Shown here: positions 1 through 10,621 of the stretch, piece after piece
Numbering within the stretch: position 1 is the stretch's first letter
Layout of the letters: every line of letters starts with the position of its first letter
Assembly: GCA_009602725.1 (NCBI GenBank)
Contig: WELB01000001.1
Span: forward strand, 823,834 to 870,523
Length of the DNA: 46,690 bases
From: Spirogloea muscicola
Taxonomy: Eukaryota
Direction: 5' to 3'
Notes under the pieces: model-generated
What the model was told of the DNA's origin: nothing
Seen by the model: only the letters and a program-made list of their open reading frames with translations
Databases searched by the model: none
Translations under genes and position numbers: made by a program

Positions 1-297
1 TTTTATTATAGAATGCGGCTCTCGCTTAGTTTGCAGCGCTCGCAAGCATTGGCTCTTCATCAACGTGCAGGGCGCGCTCTAAGTCAGGCCTCCGGCTTTC
101 GCGGCGGCGCTCCAGCTCCCCAAGTTAGCTTGTCAGATTTGTTTGTGCTCACTCGTGGGTACTAATGTCATCTTAGGTACCTTAGATTAGGTCTCCGCAT
201 TATGTAGCCTTGTTTAGTCTGCACTCGACTCTGCCTGAACAATGTATTGGCTTGAATTGGCCTCCCTTTCAATTCATGCGCCCCGCGCGCCTTCTCT
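1..297 (+). mobile_element. 3' end (ORF C-terminus plus 3' UTR) of a non-LTR retrotransposon, probably RLE/CRE-like; continues beyond the window start
   Basis: Frame 1, 1-165 reads FYYRMRLSLSLQRSQALALHQRAGRALSQASGFRGGAPAPQVSLSDLFVLTRGY*. RLSxxLQRxxA resembles the C-terminal helix of RLE-type LINE ORFs. The UTR ends ...GCGCGCC-TTCTCT, and related copies are dispersed through the window. Confidence 0.7.
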
Positions 298-3130
298 TCT
301 TGGGCTGATATTCCCAGCCCCTATCCTCTATGGGCTAGCCCTTCTCTCTTTCCGGCCCCTTTGCACCAGAAAGCTGGTCGAGCCTTAGCTGGTAGCACAA
401 GAGCTTGCCAAATTGCCGTCAGGTATTCGGGCATCAGTTAGCGACCTCTATGTGCTGACTCGTGGTTACTGAGCGGGTCGGCTTGGCAGCAGGTAATGCA
501 CATCTGTCAGTGTGCTTGCCTTTGTACTTGGCCACTCAGGCCCTCCATCACTCATTGAACACTCCATGCACCTTTGGAACTTGATTCTGCCTGAACAATG
601 TATTGGCTTGAAGTGGCCACGCTTTCATTCCATCCGCACCGCGCGCCTTCTCCTCTCTTCGGGAGAGCCACTTTCTTTCACATTTTGCTGCAATTGATTC
701 GCCTTAACTGTAACGAAGTTACACAAGATGGAACATCTTTATTATGGGAATGATAGCTGGAGGGAGTACTGAGGAGGCGAAGGACGGGCGCGCGATATTA
801 GAGAAAGCGCATCTCTGAATAATGGCGCGCGACGCTGATGAAGGAGCAGTAAGAAATTCGGGAGCGCGACGGCGGTGAAGCCGGAATCTAGACTTCTAGT
901 GTTAGAACTCTACTAGTATTAGTATTACGCGCGGGTCCCCGCAATCGGCGGCGACTCCAGCGGCGGAGGCGGCGGCCACGGGTGGATCTTCTGTGAGGGC
1001 TTAGCAAGTGGCCGGGCGCCTAATAATCCCATGAGGCCGGGGGCAGGGCTCCGAGAACCTCGATGGTTACTTAATGAGGAGGGGCGCCACGCTGCCGTCT
1101 TCTCCCACCCCCAGACGCTTGTACTTAACATTGCTTGCAGTTCAACAGTTGGCTTGTTTTTGAGGAAAGGGCTCGCCCATTGAGGATAGGGGCTGGACAA
1201 GCCAGCCCAAAAAAGAATGAACAAAGAACGAGAAGGGGGCCAGAGGAAGCCAGAGGAAGCGCTAAGCGCTTGTTTTTACCCATTGCATACGTCTGGGTCC
1301 GACTCCTTTGCTTCGCGACACCAACGCCTCGTCCTTGGGCTTGACGATCCTCATTCTTCACATGAACAATGTATTTATTGGCTTGAGTTGGCCACCTTCT
1401 CAAATCTTGCACACCGCGCCCCTCTCTTTCTGCTTTCCAGCTGCAAGTTACTCCGACTTGCGGCTGCTAACCGAGAGAGAAGGCGCGCGGTGCGCATGAA
1501 ATGAAGGGTGGCCACTCTTAAGCCAATACGGTGTTTAGGCAAAAGCTAGTACCTCGGATCACTAAGCTCCCCTTCGCTGTAGTCTCTTACATAGCTGTGT
1601 GATTCTGGCGCCTTTTCGGCCCCTTGGACCTTGTCCATTTGCTGTCACGATCGCGTTCTTGGCCCAGTCGCAGCGCGGAAGCAGCTCTTCCACAGAGAGC
1701 TTTTCTTCTGGCCCCTGGCCCCTTCGAACATTGTTCATTCTTTTTGGGCTGGCCGTTCCCAGCCCCTATCCTCTATGGGCGAGCAATTCTTCTTTTCATC
1801 TCGTTCTGGTCCGTTCGACGTCTGCTCATTGTTTTCCTGGGCTGGCCAAGTACAGCCATCGCCCTTTACAGGAAGAGTCTCTCCCTCTTTTGAATGAGCT
1901 TGCATGCTTCGACTGGGGCAAAGGGCTGTGAGAGCCGGCCCGCAAACGAATGGACAAGGCCCCTGTCGGGTCTTTGGGTCAGCAGCCGCAAGTTGGAGTA
2001 ACTTGCAGCTGCAAGTGAATCATCCCAACAAAAATCAGCTTTAGCAGCCGAAGCGCGGGCTGCCCGCAAGTGCACTGGGTGAGCCTGGGAACATTGGGAG
2101 TTGATGGGCAGCCGCATGCGCCACACCTGGGCAAGCGACCCGGCGGCTCTAGCCGGGCAGCTCACCTTGCCGGCAATCAATGGCCCGCCGTCCAAGGCGC
2201 TGCAGGAGGTCCAGCCACTGACTGCGCCAAACGCCCCGTGCACGTCCATCGCCAGTGCCACAAAGTCAGAACCGGCAGTGATCCGCATGTTTGTGCTCTT
2301 TCCCGCTAGCAGCTTTGCCAACCCATTGCCTTGCTTCCATATTCAATTTGGTCGGCGGAGTCGGTAGTCACAGAGAAGAAAGAATGGGGCCCTTCCAAAG
2401 GCAGCAAGGGCTGTGAAAGAAAAGCAGCTAGCACATCCAAAGGGGGCGAGGGCTGTGAAGAAAGATGTAAGCTCGTCTGAAAAGATGGAGGAGAGAATGA
2501 CTCTTCCAGTTGAGGGCGATTGCTGTAGTTGGCCAGCCCACATAAAAGAACGAAGATGAAGATGAAAGCTCCGCAACGAATGGACAAGGCCCGAAGGAAG
2601 GGGCCGGAAAGCGCGCTGAAGCTAAAGCAAGAATGGGAGTCGCCCAAGAGAGAGAGAGTCGCCCAAGAGAGAAGGTGCGCGGGGCGCATGAATTGAAAGG
2701 GAGGACAATTCAAGCCAATACATTGTTCAGGCAGAGTCGAGTGCAGACTAAACAAGGCTACATAATACGGAGACCTAATCTAAGGTACCTAAGGTGAAGA
2801 AGGGCTCGCCCATTGAGGATAGCGCTGGAGTCGCCCAAGAGTGAAAGCGCGGCCAGATTGACTGGTGGCTGGGAAAGGCCAGCCCAAAAGAGAGAGAAGG
2901 CGCGCGGTGCGCATGAAATTGAAAGGGAGGCCAATTATAGCCGTACAAATGTCCTGTTAACTGGGTAATGAGCTGGCTAAGGGGGACGCTAATATCCCCG
3001 AGTAAATCCCAATAGAGAAAAGCGCGGCCGAATTGACTGGTGGCTGGGCGAAGCCAGCCAAAAGGAATGGACAAGGTCTGAAGGAGCCGGAGTGCGAAGG
3101 ACGAGGACAAGGAGGAAGGCGCGCGGTGCT
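298..3130. mobile_element. Cluster of nested 5'-truncated retroposon 3' ends in both orientations
   Basis: Group-1 ends at about 361-575(+; LHQKAGRAL...SDLYVLTRGY*), 586-660(+), 1361-1430(+), 1473-1570(-), 2667-2794(-), 2890-3003(-). Group-2 ends (GGGCTGGC..CAGCC type) at about 300-350, 1165-1260, 1716-1790, 1806-1890, 1910-1970, 2490-2620, 2797-2890, 3014-3090. Confidence 0.7.
709..1130 (-). mobile_element. Possible solo LTR
   Basis: 422-bp block with TG...CA ends (TGTAAC.../...TTAACA) and a minus-strand AATAAA about 30 nt from its 3' end, embedded in the repeat cluster. No TSD found. Confidence 0.25.
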
Positions 3131-3941
3131 AGGGGTTTACGGAGCGTCCCAGGGGACGCTCAGTAACCAGAGATTGACGTCCAGTCTGAGTAGCTAGCCG
3201 TCGGAAAGGCCCTCGTCTCGCGGCCCAAGGGGGAAGCGCGGCCGCCGGCCTGTCGCCGCAACGGCCTTCTGCGGCGGCGCGCCTCGTCTCACGCTCCCAT
3301 CAGCTTCCCGACGGCGCAGCGGCCGCGTGGGGCCCCGCGGAGCTGCGCCCAGCCTGCAGCCAGCCCCCGCCGCGCGGCGGCCATNNNNNNNNNNNNNNNN
3401 NNNNNNNNNNNNNNNNNNNNNNNNNNNNNNNNNNNNNNNNNNNNNNNNNNNNNNNNNNNNNNNNNNNNNNNNNNNNNNNNNNNNNNNNNNNNNNNNNNNN
3501 NNNNNNNNNNNNNNNNNNNNNNNNNNNNNNNNNNNNNNNNNNNNNNNNNNNNNNNNNNNNNNNNNNNNNNNNNNNNNNNNNNNNNNNNNNNNNNNNNNNN
3601 NNNNNNNNNNNNNNNNNNNNNNNNNNNNNNNNNNNNNNNNNNNNNNNNNNNNNNNNNNNNNNNNNNNNNNNNNNNNNNNNNNNNNNNNNNNNNNNNNNNN
3701 NNNNNNNNNNNNNNNNNNNNNNNNNNNNNNNNNNNNNNNNNNNNNNNNNNNNNNNNNNNNNNNNNNNNNNNNNNNNNNNNNNNNNNNNNNNNNNNNNNNN
3801 NNNNNNNNNNNNNNNNNNNNNNNNNNNNNNNNNNNNNNNNNNNNNNNNNNNNNNNNNNNNNNNNNNNNNNNNNNNNNNNNNNNNNNNNNNNNNNNNNNNN
3901 NNNNNNNNNNNNNNNNNNNNNNNNNNNNNNNNNNNNNNNNN

Positions 3942-6050
3942 TCCTCCTCGTCCGCTGCCGCGCCCACCTCGCCGCCGACGCCGCCGCCGCCCGCCGCCCG
4001 CCGCCCGCCACGTACGGCGACCTGGGCCTGGCCATCTACGGCGCCGCCGGCCGGGCCGCCGTGGACGCCATGGTGGTGCTGAGCCAGGGCGGCTTCTGCG
4101 TCGCCTACCTCGTCTTCATCGGCACCAACCTGGCCTCCATCTTCGCCGCTGCCGGCGGCGGCGCCGGCGCCGGCGGCCTGAGCAAGACCCACGTCATCTT
4201 CCTCGCGCTCCCCGCCCAGATCCTGCTCTCCTGGGTGCGCTCCCTCACCCGCCTCGCGCCCTTCAGCATCTTCGCCGACGTCGTCAACGTCCTCGCCATG
4301 GCCGTCATCGTCGCGGACGACGCGGAGGCGCTCCAGGGCTTCCAGCACGCGCACGCCTACAACGGTGACAGACAGACCCCCTCACAGCACACGACCTGAC
4401 TTGACTGGAATAGTGTATACCACCTGTGCTTGCCCTTTCGAGATGACTACTTGCAAGGCCCAGCATTGAGCCGCCAGTTCCTCACATCTGCGAGCCAGAG
4501 CTGCAGGCCTTGCGAGCGTGCCGTTTGTTGTCGGCGTCGCCATATACGCGTTCGAGGGCATCAGCATGACGCTTCCGCTCGAGGCGAGCATGAAGGATGG
4601 GCGCAAGTTTGGGTCTGTGCTCGGCCTCGCAATGGCCAGCATCACGCTGCTCTATGGAGGATTCGCAACCATAGGCTACCTCGCATATGGGGACGACACG
4701 AAGGTAAATTGACTGCCATTCCGTCAGCCTGCGCCTCCAGAGCTGAGGGAGAGTATTTGCATTCAACGATCTCTCAGGCATCACTGTCCATTTGAATGCA
4801 CTACCGGCTCTGCCCGACCTCCGTCTGCAACAGGGCTCATCATTTTTTGGCCTGATACTGAACCGGCCTCATTGACGACTGTTGACCTTTGCGCTGCCTG
4901 CAGGAGATTGTTACTCTCAACCTGCCACAGCACTGGACAACCGACGCCGTCAAGATTGGGCTCTGCATCGGGCTCGTCTTCACCTTTCCCGGCAAGAGCT
5001 CAGCATTCGCATGCACCCATTATATTGCTCAAAGTTGCAGGCACAATACCCTTACACAAGTACGTCATTGCCTTATCGTCTTGCTGAAGATTATTGGCAA
5101 GCCCTCCTGGGTTGACGTCTGCAAGCCATGTCTGTTCCTGCAACGGGAGCACAAGCAGCTGAAGGAGTGCACTGTATCGCATCCTTGCTCAGGGTCTGAG
5201 CACGATGCGACCGCCATTGTGCAGTTATGATGTTTCCTGTCCACGAGATCTTTGAGAGCAGAGTGTCCTCCAGCGCCTGGTACGAGCTGCACATTAAACC
5301 AAGAGCGAGGTATGGAACAGGAGCCAGTCGCATGAGCTGCTTTGTAGGTCCTCTGGAACATCTGGAGGCTGTCAAGGACGAACCTTCATGCTGCGCAGAC
5401 CAAGATCACAGTAGGAGTCTCATGCATAGTCATAATCTCATGTTGCCACCTGTGACGTCAGCGCATGAACTAGATTATCCACCATGCGTGGTGGTTTTCT
5501 GCATCTTACCATGGCCGAGCACTTGCCCTCCGTCACCTGTCTTATGCTGCCACACCTCTCGGCACAATAGTCTCAGGTCTAAGATTGTACATAGGGTCCA
5601 GGCTTCGATTTCAAGCATCTTGGTTAAGTGCTCAGGGGCTTAGCACCTGCAAGTCCGGGCTAAAGTGCACCTGACAGGGACTATGCATCAGCTGTATATT
5701 CATCTCAGACTGATGGAGGACTTGTTGTGCCAACTTGAAATTGGCCCAGGCTGCGGAAGGCCGTGCAAAAGGGGCTCAGAGTCGCGGTCGTGCTCGTGGC
5801 CTCGTGGACGGCAGCTGCGGTGCCCAGCTTTGGGACGTTCATCTCGCTTGTTGGCAGCAGCGTCTGCTCGCTGCTGGCCTTTGTCCTGCCTGCCCTCTTC
5901 CACCTCCACCTTCTCTGGCACAGCATGAACCGCATCGAGGCAACCGCTGACTACCTTCTCATATTCTTTGGCCTCCTCTTTGGGGTCTGGGGCACCTACG
6001 ATTCCTTGCGGCATTTCAACGAACCTGGAACCAGCCAGCTCCACAGCTGA
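3942..6050 (+). CDS. Amino acid transporter, Aa_trans (AAAP) family, ANT1/AVT3-like; 5' end lies in or before the N gap
   Basis: Exons ~3942-4364, 4507-4703, 4904-4991, 5225-5309, 5750-6050 splice in frame: TYGDLG...SQGGFCVAYLVFIG...LAPFSIFADVVN...AIYAFEGISMTLPLEASM...FTFPVMMFPVHEI...FISLVGSSVCSLLAFVLPALFH. Confidence 0.93.
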
Positions 6051-6688
6051 CTTGTACAGAAGCACTAAAGCATGTGCTCTTAGTCTGGAGCAAACCTCCT
6101 CGTAAATTGGTGTGTGTTAGTGTGTAACACCCTGGATAGCCAGCCTCACTATTAGCTGTCCACTTGTTAGTCCAGCCTGGCAGAGGCAGAATTTGTATAG
6201 CCTCCCTCAATGGGGATTTAAATAACAGAATTTGTATAGCCTCACTCGATGAGCATTTAAGTAATGAAGTGATAGTATATTGCGGCCATCATGCAATGGC
6301 CCCATCAAAGGCTTTAATGACTTTGTGAATTGATGAAATCAAGATGTTACAGAGCCAAAAGCCCAAAGGGAGCAAGCGGAGCTAGCGTATCACAACAATT
6401 TATGTAAATCATACACGGCAGCTTATCATGAATCTGATGCACGTGTGCTAGCACTGAACCGACACTGAGCGCAGGGCCCCCGTGCACCATGCCCAAGTAG
6501 GAGTGAAAAAAAAACATGAGACCCACAACTACTAATGCACAGATTACAAACCCCCAGCTAGCATTTGAAGCTAACATACCAACTTTGGATCTGGACCAGC
6601 AGCTTTGTCCTGTGTCGGAAGGTATGTCCTTACTGCAAAATATAGCAGGCTGTCATGTGTAGCCAATTTCTAGGAGCATGACAAAATG

Positions 6689-9498
6689 TCAGTCATCCTC
6701 GTCAGGAGCTTCAAAATCGCGTGTCTTGACGTCCGCAGATTCACCATACTGGATAGCATTGTCCACATGCGACAGTACAAATTGGATGCTGCAATGGAAG
6801 GCATCAACAGCTATTTATATTGTCAATCTATTGTATCTCGTAGCCCTTGAGGACCTTAGGTAGGAAGACTCCCAATGACGCACTTAGAAAAGCGCATGCA
6901 CTCACAACGACACGGCGCAGTCACACGAAGAATCATAGAGATCGTATATCCGCCATATGTTATCTAAACCCCAGCCAAATTCTTCACACTGATAAACTAA
7001 TGGCTTGCTTAGCTCATGCTGCATCTGCAGGAGCAGATTGTCACCTATCCTCGTCAGAAATGTCAAATGGCAGGAAGCTGACCATGCTGTAGTCATCGAC
7101 CTGCAGACATGGCACATCAGATGCAGACATAATCTGTCATTGTTCGATGATTCATGCTATTATGGATGGCAACTCACTAGCCAAGGGCTACTCGACCAAG
7201 AAATGGTGCCTTTGAAATAAGTCCCACAGCTCCCTAAATAGCAGCCACAACCTGTAGACCCACTACCAGATCTGAGGCCCTGACGTGCTTGCAGCCTCAC
7301 CATCTGTGCCATGGAGTGGTTCAGCTTAGCAAATTTGGGTGCCATATTCTCGTTAAGGTCGGCCAACAAGAGCCTCACGTCTGGATCTAAGAAGCTGCAA
7401 TACAAATTGACAGACTTAGAACATTGAGAACACCTCATTAAGTGTGTTTTGGACATGCATATGAGGATGGGCTGTGTTTGCCTGCCACGTTCATCAACGA
7501 ACTTACCGTTCAACATCCTTCTTGTTTGTTACTAGATCCATCTTGCTAAGAACATTGACATGAGGAAGTTCAAGCTGGATCATTGCCGACAGTGAGGCAA
7601 GGCACCCACTGATAAATTTCGTCACATCAGAAGCAAACTGCACGATTTTGCAAGTGGGAGTCAGTAAATGAAGAGAGTCTCCAGTCACTAATGTGAACAA
7701 CAGCACGAAAGACAAGTCTGGAGAATGCACTGCTCCCTGAAGCATCCTCTTCATAGACTGCTGCCAAGAGCTAGACAAAAAGCTGAATTCACCTGAGAGT
7801 CAAGCAGGTATACAGCGCAGATCTGAAAGTCCCACCTTCTGAGTTGGTCAACAAAGGTTCTCAGAACAGGAACATGGGAGTACAGCTCAATCTGTCCTGC
7901 ACTCTCACAGAGGTGATGAGGATGACTCCCTTCAGATCAGCTCGCAGAGTGCCAGCTTGCTGGCAAACGGCACACAAAGAGAGTCAACCAGCTCTAAGCT
8001 CGTGATGTGTTAGGAAGCAAGCCTGTTCACTAATTGATCATTGTCGCGCGCGAACCTTTATCTTGTTTGTAGATGCTACCTGGCCTTTGCAAGCCCTTGA
8101 TAGATGTCTGTATTCAAAGCAGATACTATTGAGTAAGTCAATTATAACCAATAGGCACTCGGAGCCCTGTCCTGTGCTGCTTGAAGACTTTACCTGGGCA
8201 ATCAAAGACAAGGTACTCATCCTCTGCAAAGTCATCAAGTTGTTCTTGGAACCAATCATCCAGATTTTCTTCTAGATATCTGGAAAGAGAAGAAATAGGA
8301 GCATATGTCCCAATGTCAAGAGTGACCTCTTCTACAGTGATGCAGCAAGGAAAAAAGCAGAAAACTCGTGTCTGTACCAACCCAGCACAATTGTGGGGGA
8401 ATTCACGACTGTTCGTACTTTGATTCGGAACTTGTTTCTTGGCTGAGTAAAAGCAGAGACTGATGTACACATCTCTTCAACTTGAGGACGGTACAGAGAG
8501 TCACGCCAGAAAGGGAGGAGTATTGACAGGGACTGTGCTGATTACTCCATGCAGTATAAGAGCCCTCCATTGGGCCCAAGATGCAGCTCCTCCATCACCT
8601 CCTCAAGTGACACCAGCTCTCGAATGTCTGACGACAATAGCGAGCAGATAGCCTCAGCAGCCAGATTTCGGCAACTCGTGACTATCACCATCACCATCAT
8701 TCTCAACACGGACTGTGAGTGCATGATCCTCCCTCACTCCTACAAAAGCTCAAAAAGCAGGAGCGCCATACCCATGACAGGTGATCACCTTAAACGCAGA
8801 TTAATCTAATACCCTAAACCAATAGTCCCCTGACCCTAAACCGTAACCCTGAACCTGAAAGCAACAACACCTTACCACTCCTACAGTAACTAATAGCCAA
8901 AGTACCAATACACCAGTCTTACCAACACAGTAGCTTACAAAGAGTAAAAGTATCTACTTGGTACAGCAACAAGTATGCAGATGCTTCACTGACGATGCTT
9001 CACTGACGAATCCAAACATAAGGAAGGTGCTGGACACTAGTCAAGGTCAAGGTCCAATGACCACTGATCACACGTTGACCAATTCACGAAGCCTGCTATG
9101 CTATATTCTCATGGAAGTCCGCATGCGGTACCTATAGAGACAGGGTACTCAAAGTGCTCGGCAGCAGGGTCCAGGTTGACGATGTTGACATTCCGCCGGA
9201 TGCTCTCGCAGTGTTGGTGAAGTGTGGCGCAGTACGTGGACTGCACCCTGACATCGGCAGCTCATTGCGTCAGTTGCTTGACAATCAAATTGTTCTTTCA
9301 ACAGAGCTGAAAGTCCGCGGCCTCGTCAACATAGGAACTCCAGTCGAGCTGAGTTGCGAGCTCTCCTTCAAGCCCAGCGGTGTGGCGTAGCAGAGTCCAG
9401 GAGTGTCAGTGGCTAGCCACTGTGAAGGGGCGCTGGTGAGCGGCGCGCACCTTGCCGCTGCCGGCGGGCCCGATGACGAGCTGCGCGTAGCGCACCAT
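6689..9498 (-). CDS. GPN3: GPN-loop GTPase 3
   Basis: Nine exons: [20 protein letters not shown]...[21 protein letters not shown] (GPN loop), [28 protein letters not shown], ending [27 protein letters not shown] 9498, stop 6689-6691. Confidence 0.95.
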
Positions 9499-9977
9499 CG
9501 GACCACCGAGCTGGCGCTCGCTGCGCCAAGAAGCTCGGCGGCGGCAGCTTCCAGCGCCGGTCCCCCGGCTCTCGCGCCAAAGGCCTCGGCGGCCTCCGCA
9601 GCCGCTTTGCTTACGGCGGCGAGCTACCGCCGCGGCTCTCGCTCAAGCTGGCCTTCCGCAAGACACGGCCACGGCCTCGTTGATGGCCAGCCGCGACTGC
9701 CGCCGCGACTGCCGCCGCGACGGCCGCCGCAGCCGCCGTCGCCAGGGCCGCGGGCGATCAGGCTGCGGCTTCGCGCATGCTCGGTGTGTCCTGTTCCGCC
9801 GGCGGGTGGCTCCAGATCTGCGGATGGGGAGATTCTTCTCCGTCCACGGGGGAAAGCGGCTGCCTGCTGTGGGAGCGGGAGGAAGTTAGCTCAGGGGGTG
9901 GGGCGAAGGCGACAAGTGAATGTGAATGCGGCAGCTGATAATGAAAGAGCGGCTGCAAACGCCAGCCAGGTGCATAC

Positions 9978-10263
9978 AGAGAAGAGGTTTGTGTGTTTGA
10001 AACAAACGAAGGCCAAATGGCCAAGTACAAAGGCAAGCACATCTGATGACCTACATAACCTACAGCAGATTGACCCGCTCAGTAACCACGGGTCAACACA
10101 TGAAGGTCACTTATCGATGCCTGGATACCAGATGTCAGATACGAAGCCCTTCTACAGTACCACCAACTAGAGCTCGACCAGCTTTCTGGTGCAAGAAATT
10201 TCGTGTATTTGAAACAATCGAAGGCCAGTATGGCCAAGTACAGAGGTAAGCACATCTTATGAC
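9978..10263 (-). mobile_element. Two tandem 5'-truncated group-1 retroposon ends
   Basis: Reverse-complement similar to 361-560. Minus strand encodes LHQKAGRAL... and SDLHVLTRGY* and ends ...CTTCTCT at about 9978. A second shorter copy lies at about 10193-10263. Confidence 0.7.
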
Positions 10264-10621
10264 GTAGCAGCTAGCATCTAGCAGCTACTGGAGCTGCTAG
10301 TGGAGTGAGGCAGCAGCTGTGCCAGGAGGAATGGAGGGGTGGGGGGGAGAAGAGGGCTGGAAGTGCCACGATTGGGGCCTTGACATCCTGTCCTGCTGGA
10401 GCTGCTAGAGNNNNNNNNNNNNNNNNNNNNNNNNNNNNNNNNNNNNNNNNNNNNNNNNNNNNNNNNNNNNNNNNNNNNNNNNNNNNNNNNNNNNNNNNNN
10501 NNNNNNNNNNNNNNNNNNNNNNNNNNNNNNNNNNNNNNNNNNNNNNNNNNNNNNNNNNNNNNNNNNNNNNNNNNNNNNNNNNNNNNNNNNNNNNNNNNNN
10601 NNNNNNNNNNNNNNNNNNNNN

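Noticed and set aside
170..2794. ~125-bp inverted repeat (170-297 vs 2667-2794) resembling the TIRs of a DNA transposon
   Set aside because: The left copy continues into the LINE-like ORF end and the right copy is a 5'-truncated opposite-strand insertion of the same family. No shared outer boundary or TSD.
298..3130. CRISPR-like or integron-like array
   Set aside because: Units vary in length, type and orientation, with no constant repeat-spacer period and no cas or integrase gene. Better explained by nested retroposon ends.
8810..8860. Degenerate CCCTAAA telomere-like repeats in a GPN3 intron
   Set aside because: Only a few imperfect units; common interstitial telo-box-like sequence.
10040..10110. 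CTGATGA...GAA hammerhead-like core
   Set aside because: Flanking helices could not be formed, and the motif is antisense to the element and not conserved in the copy at about 500.
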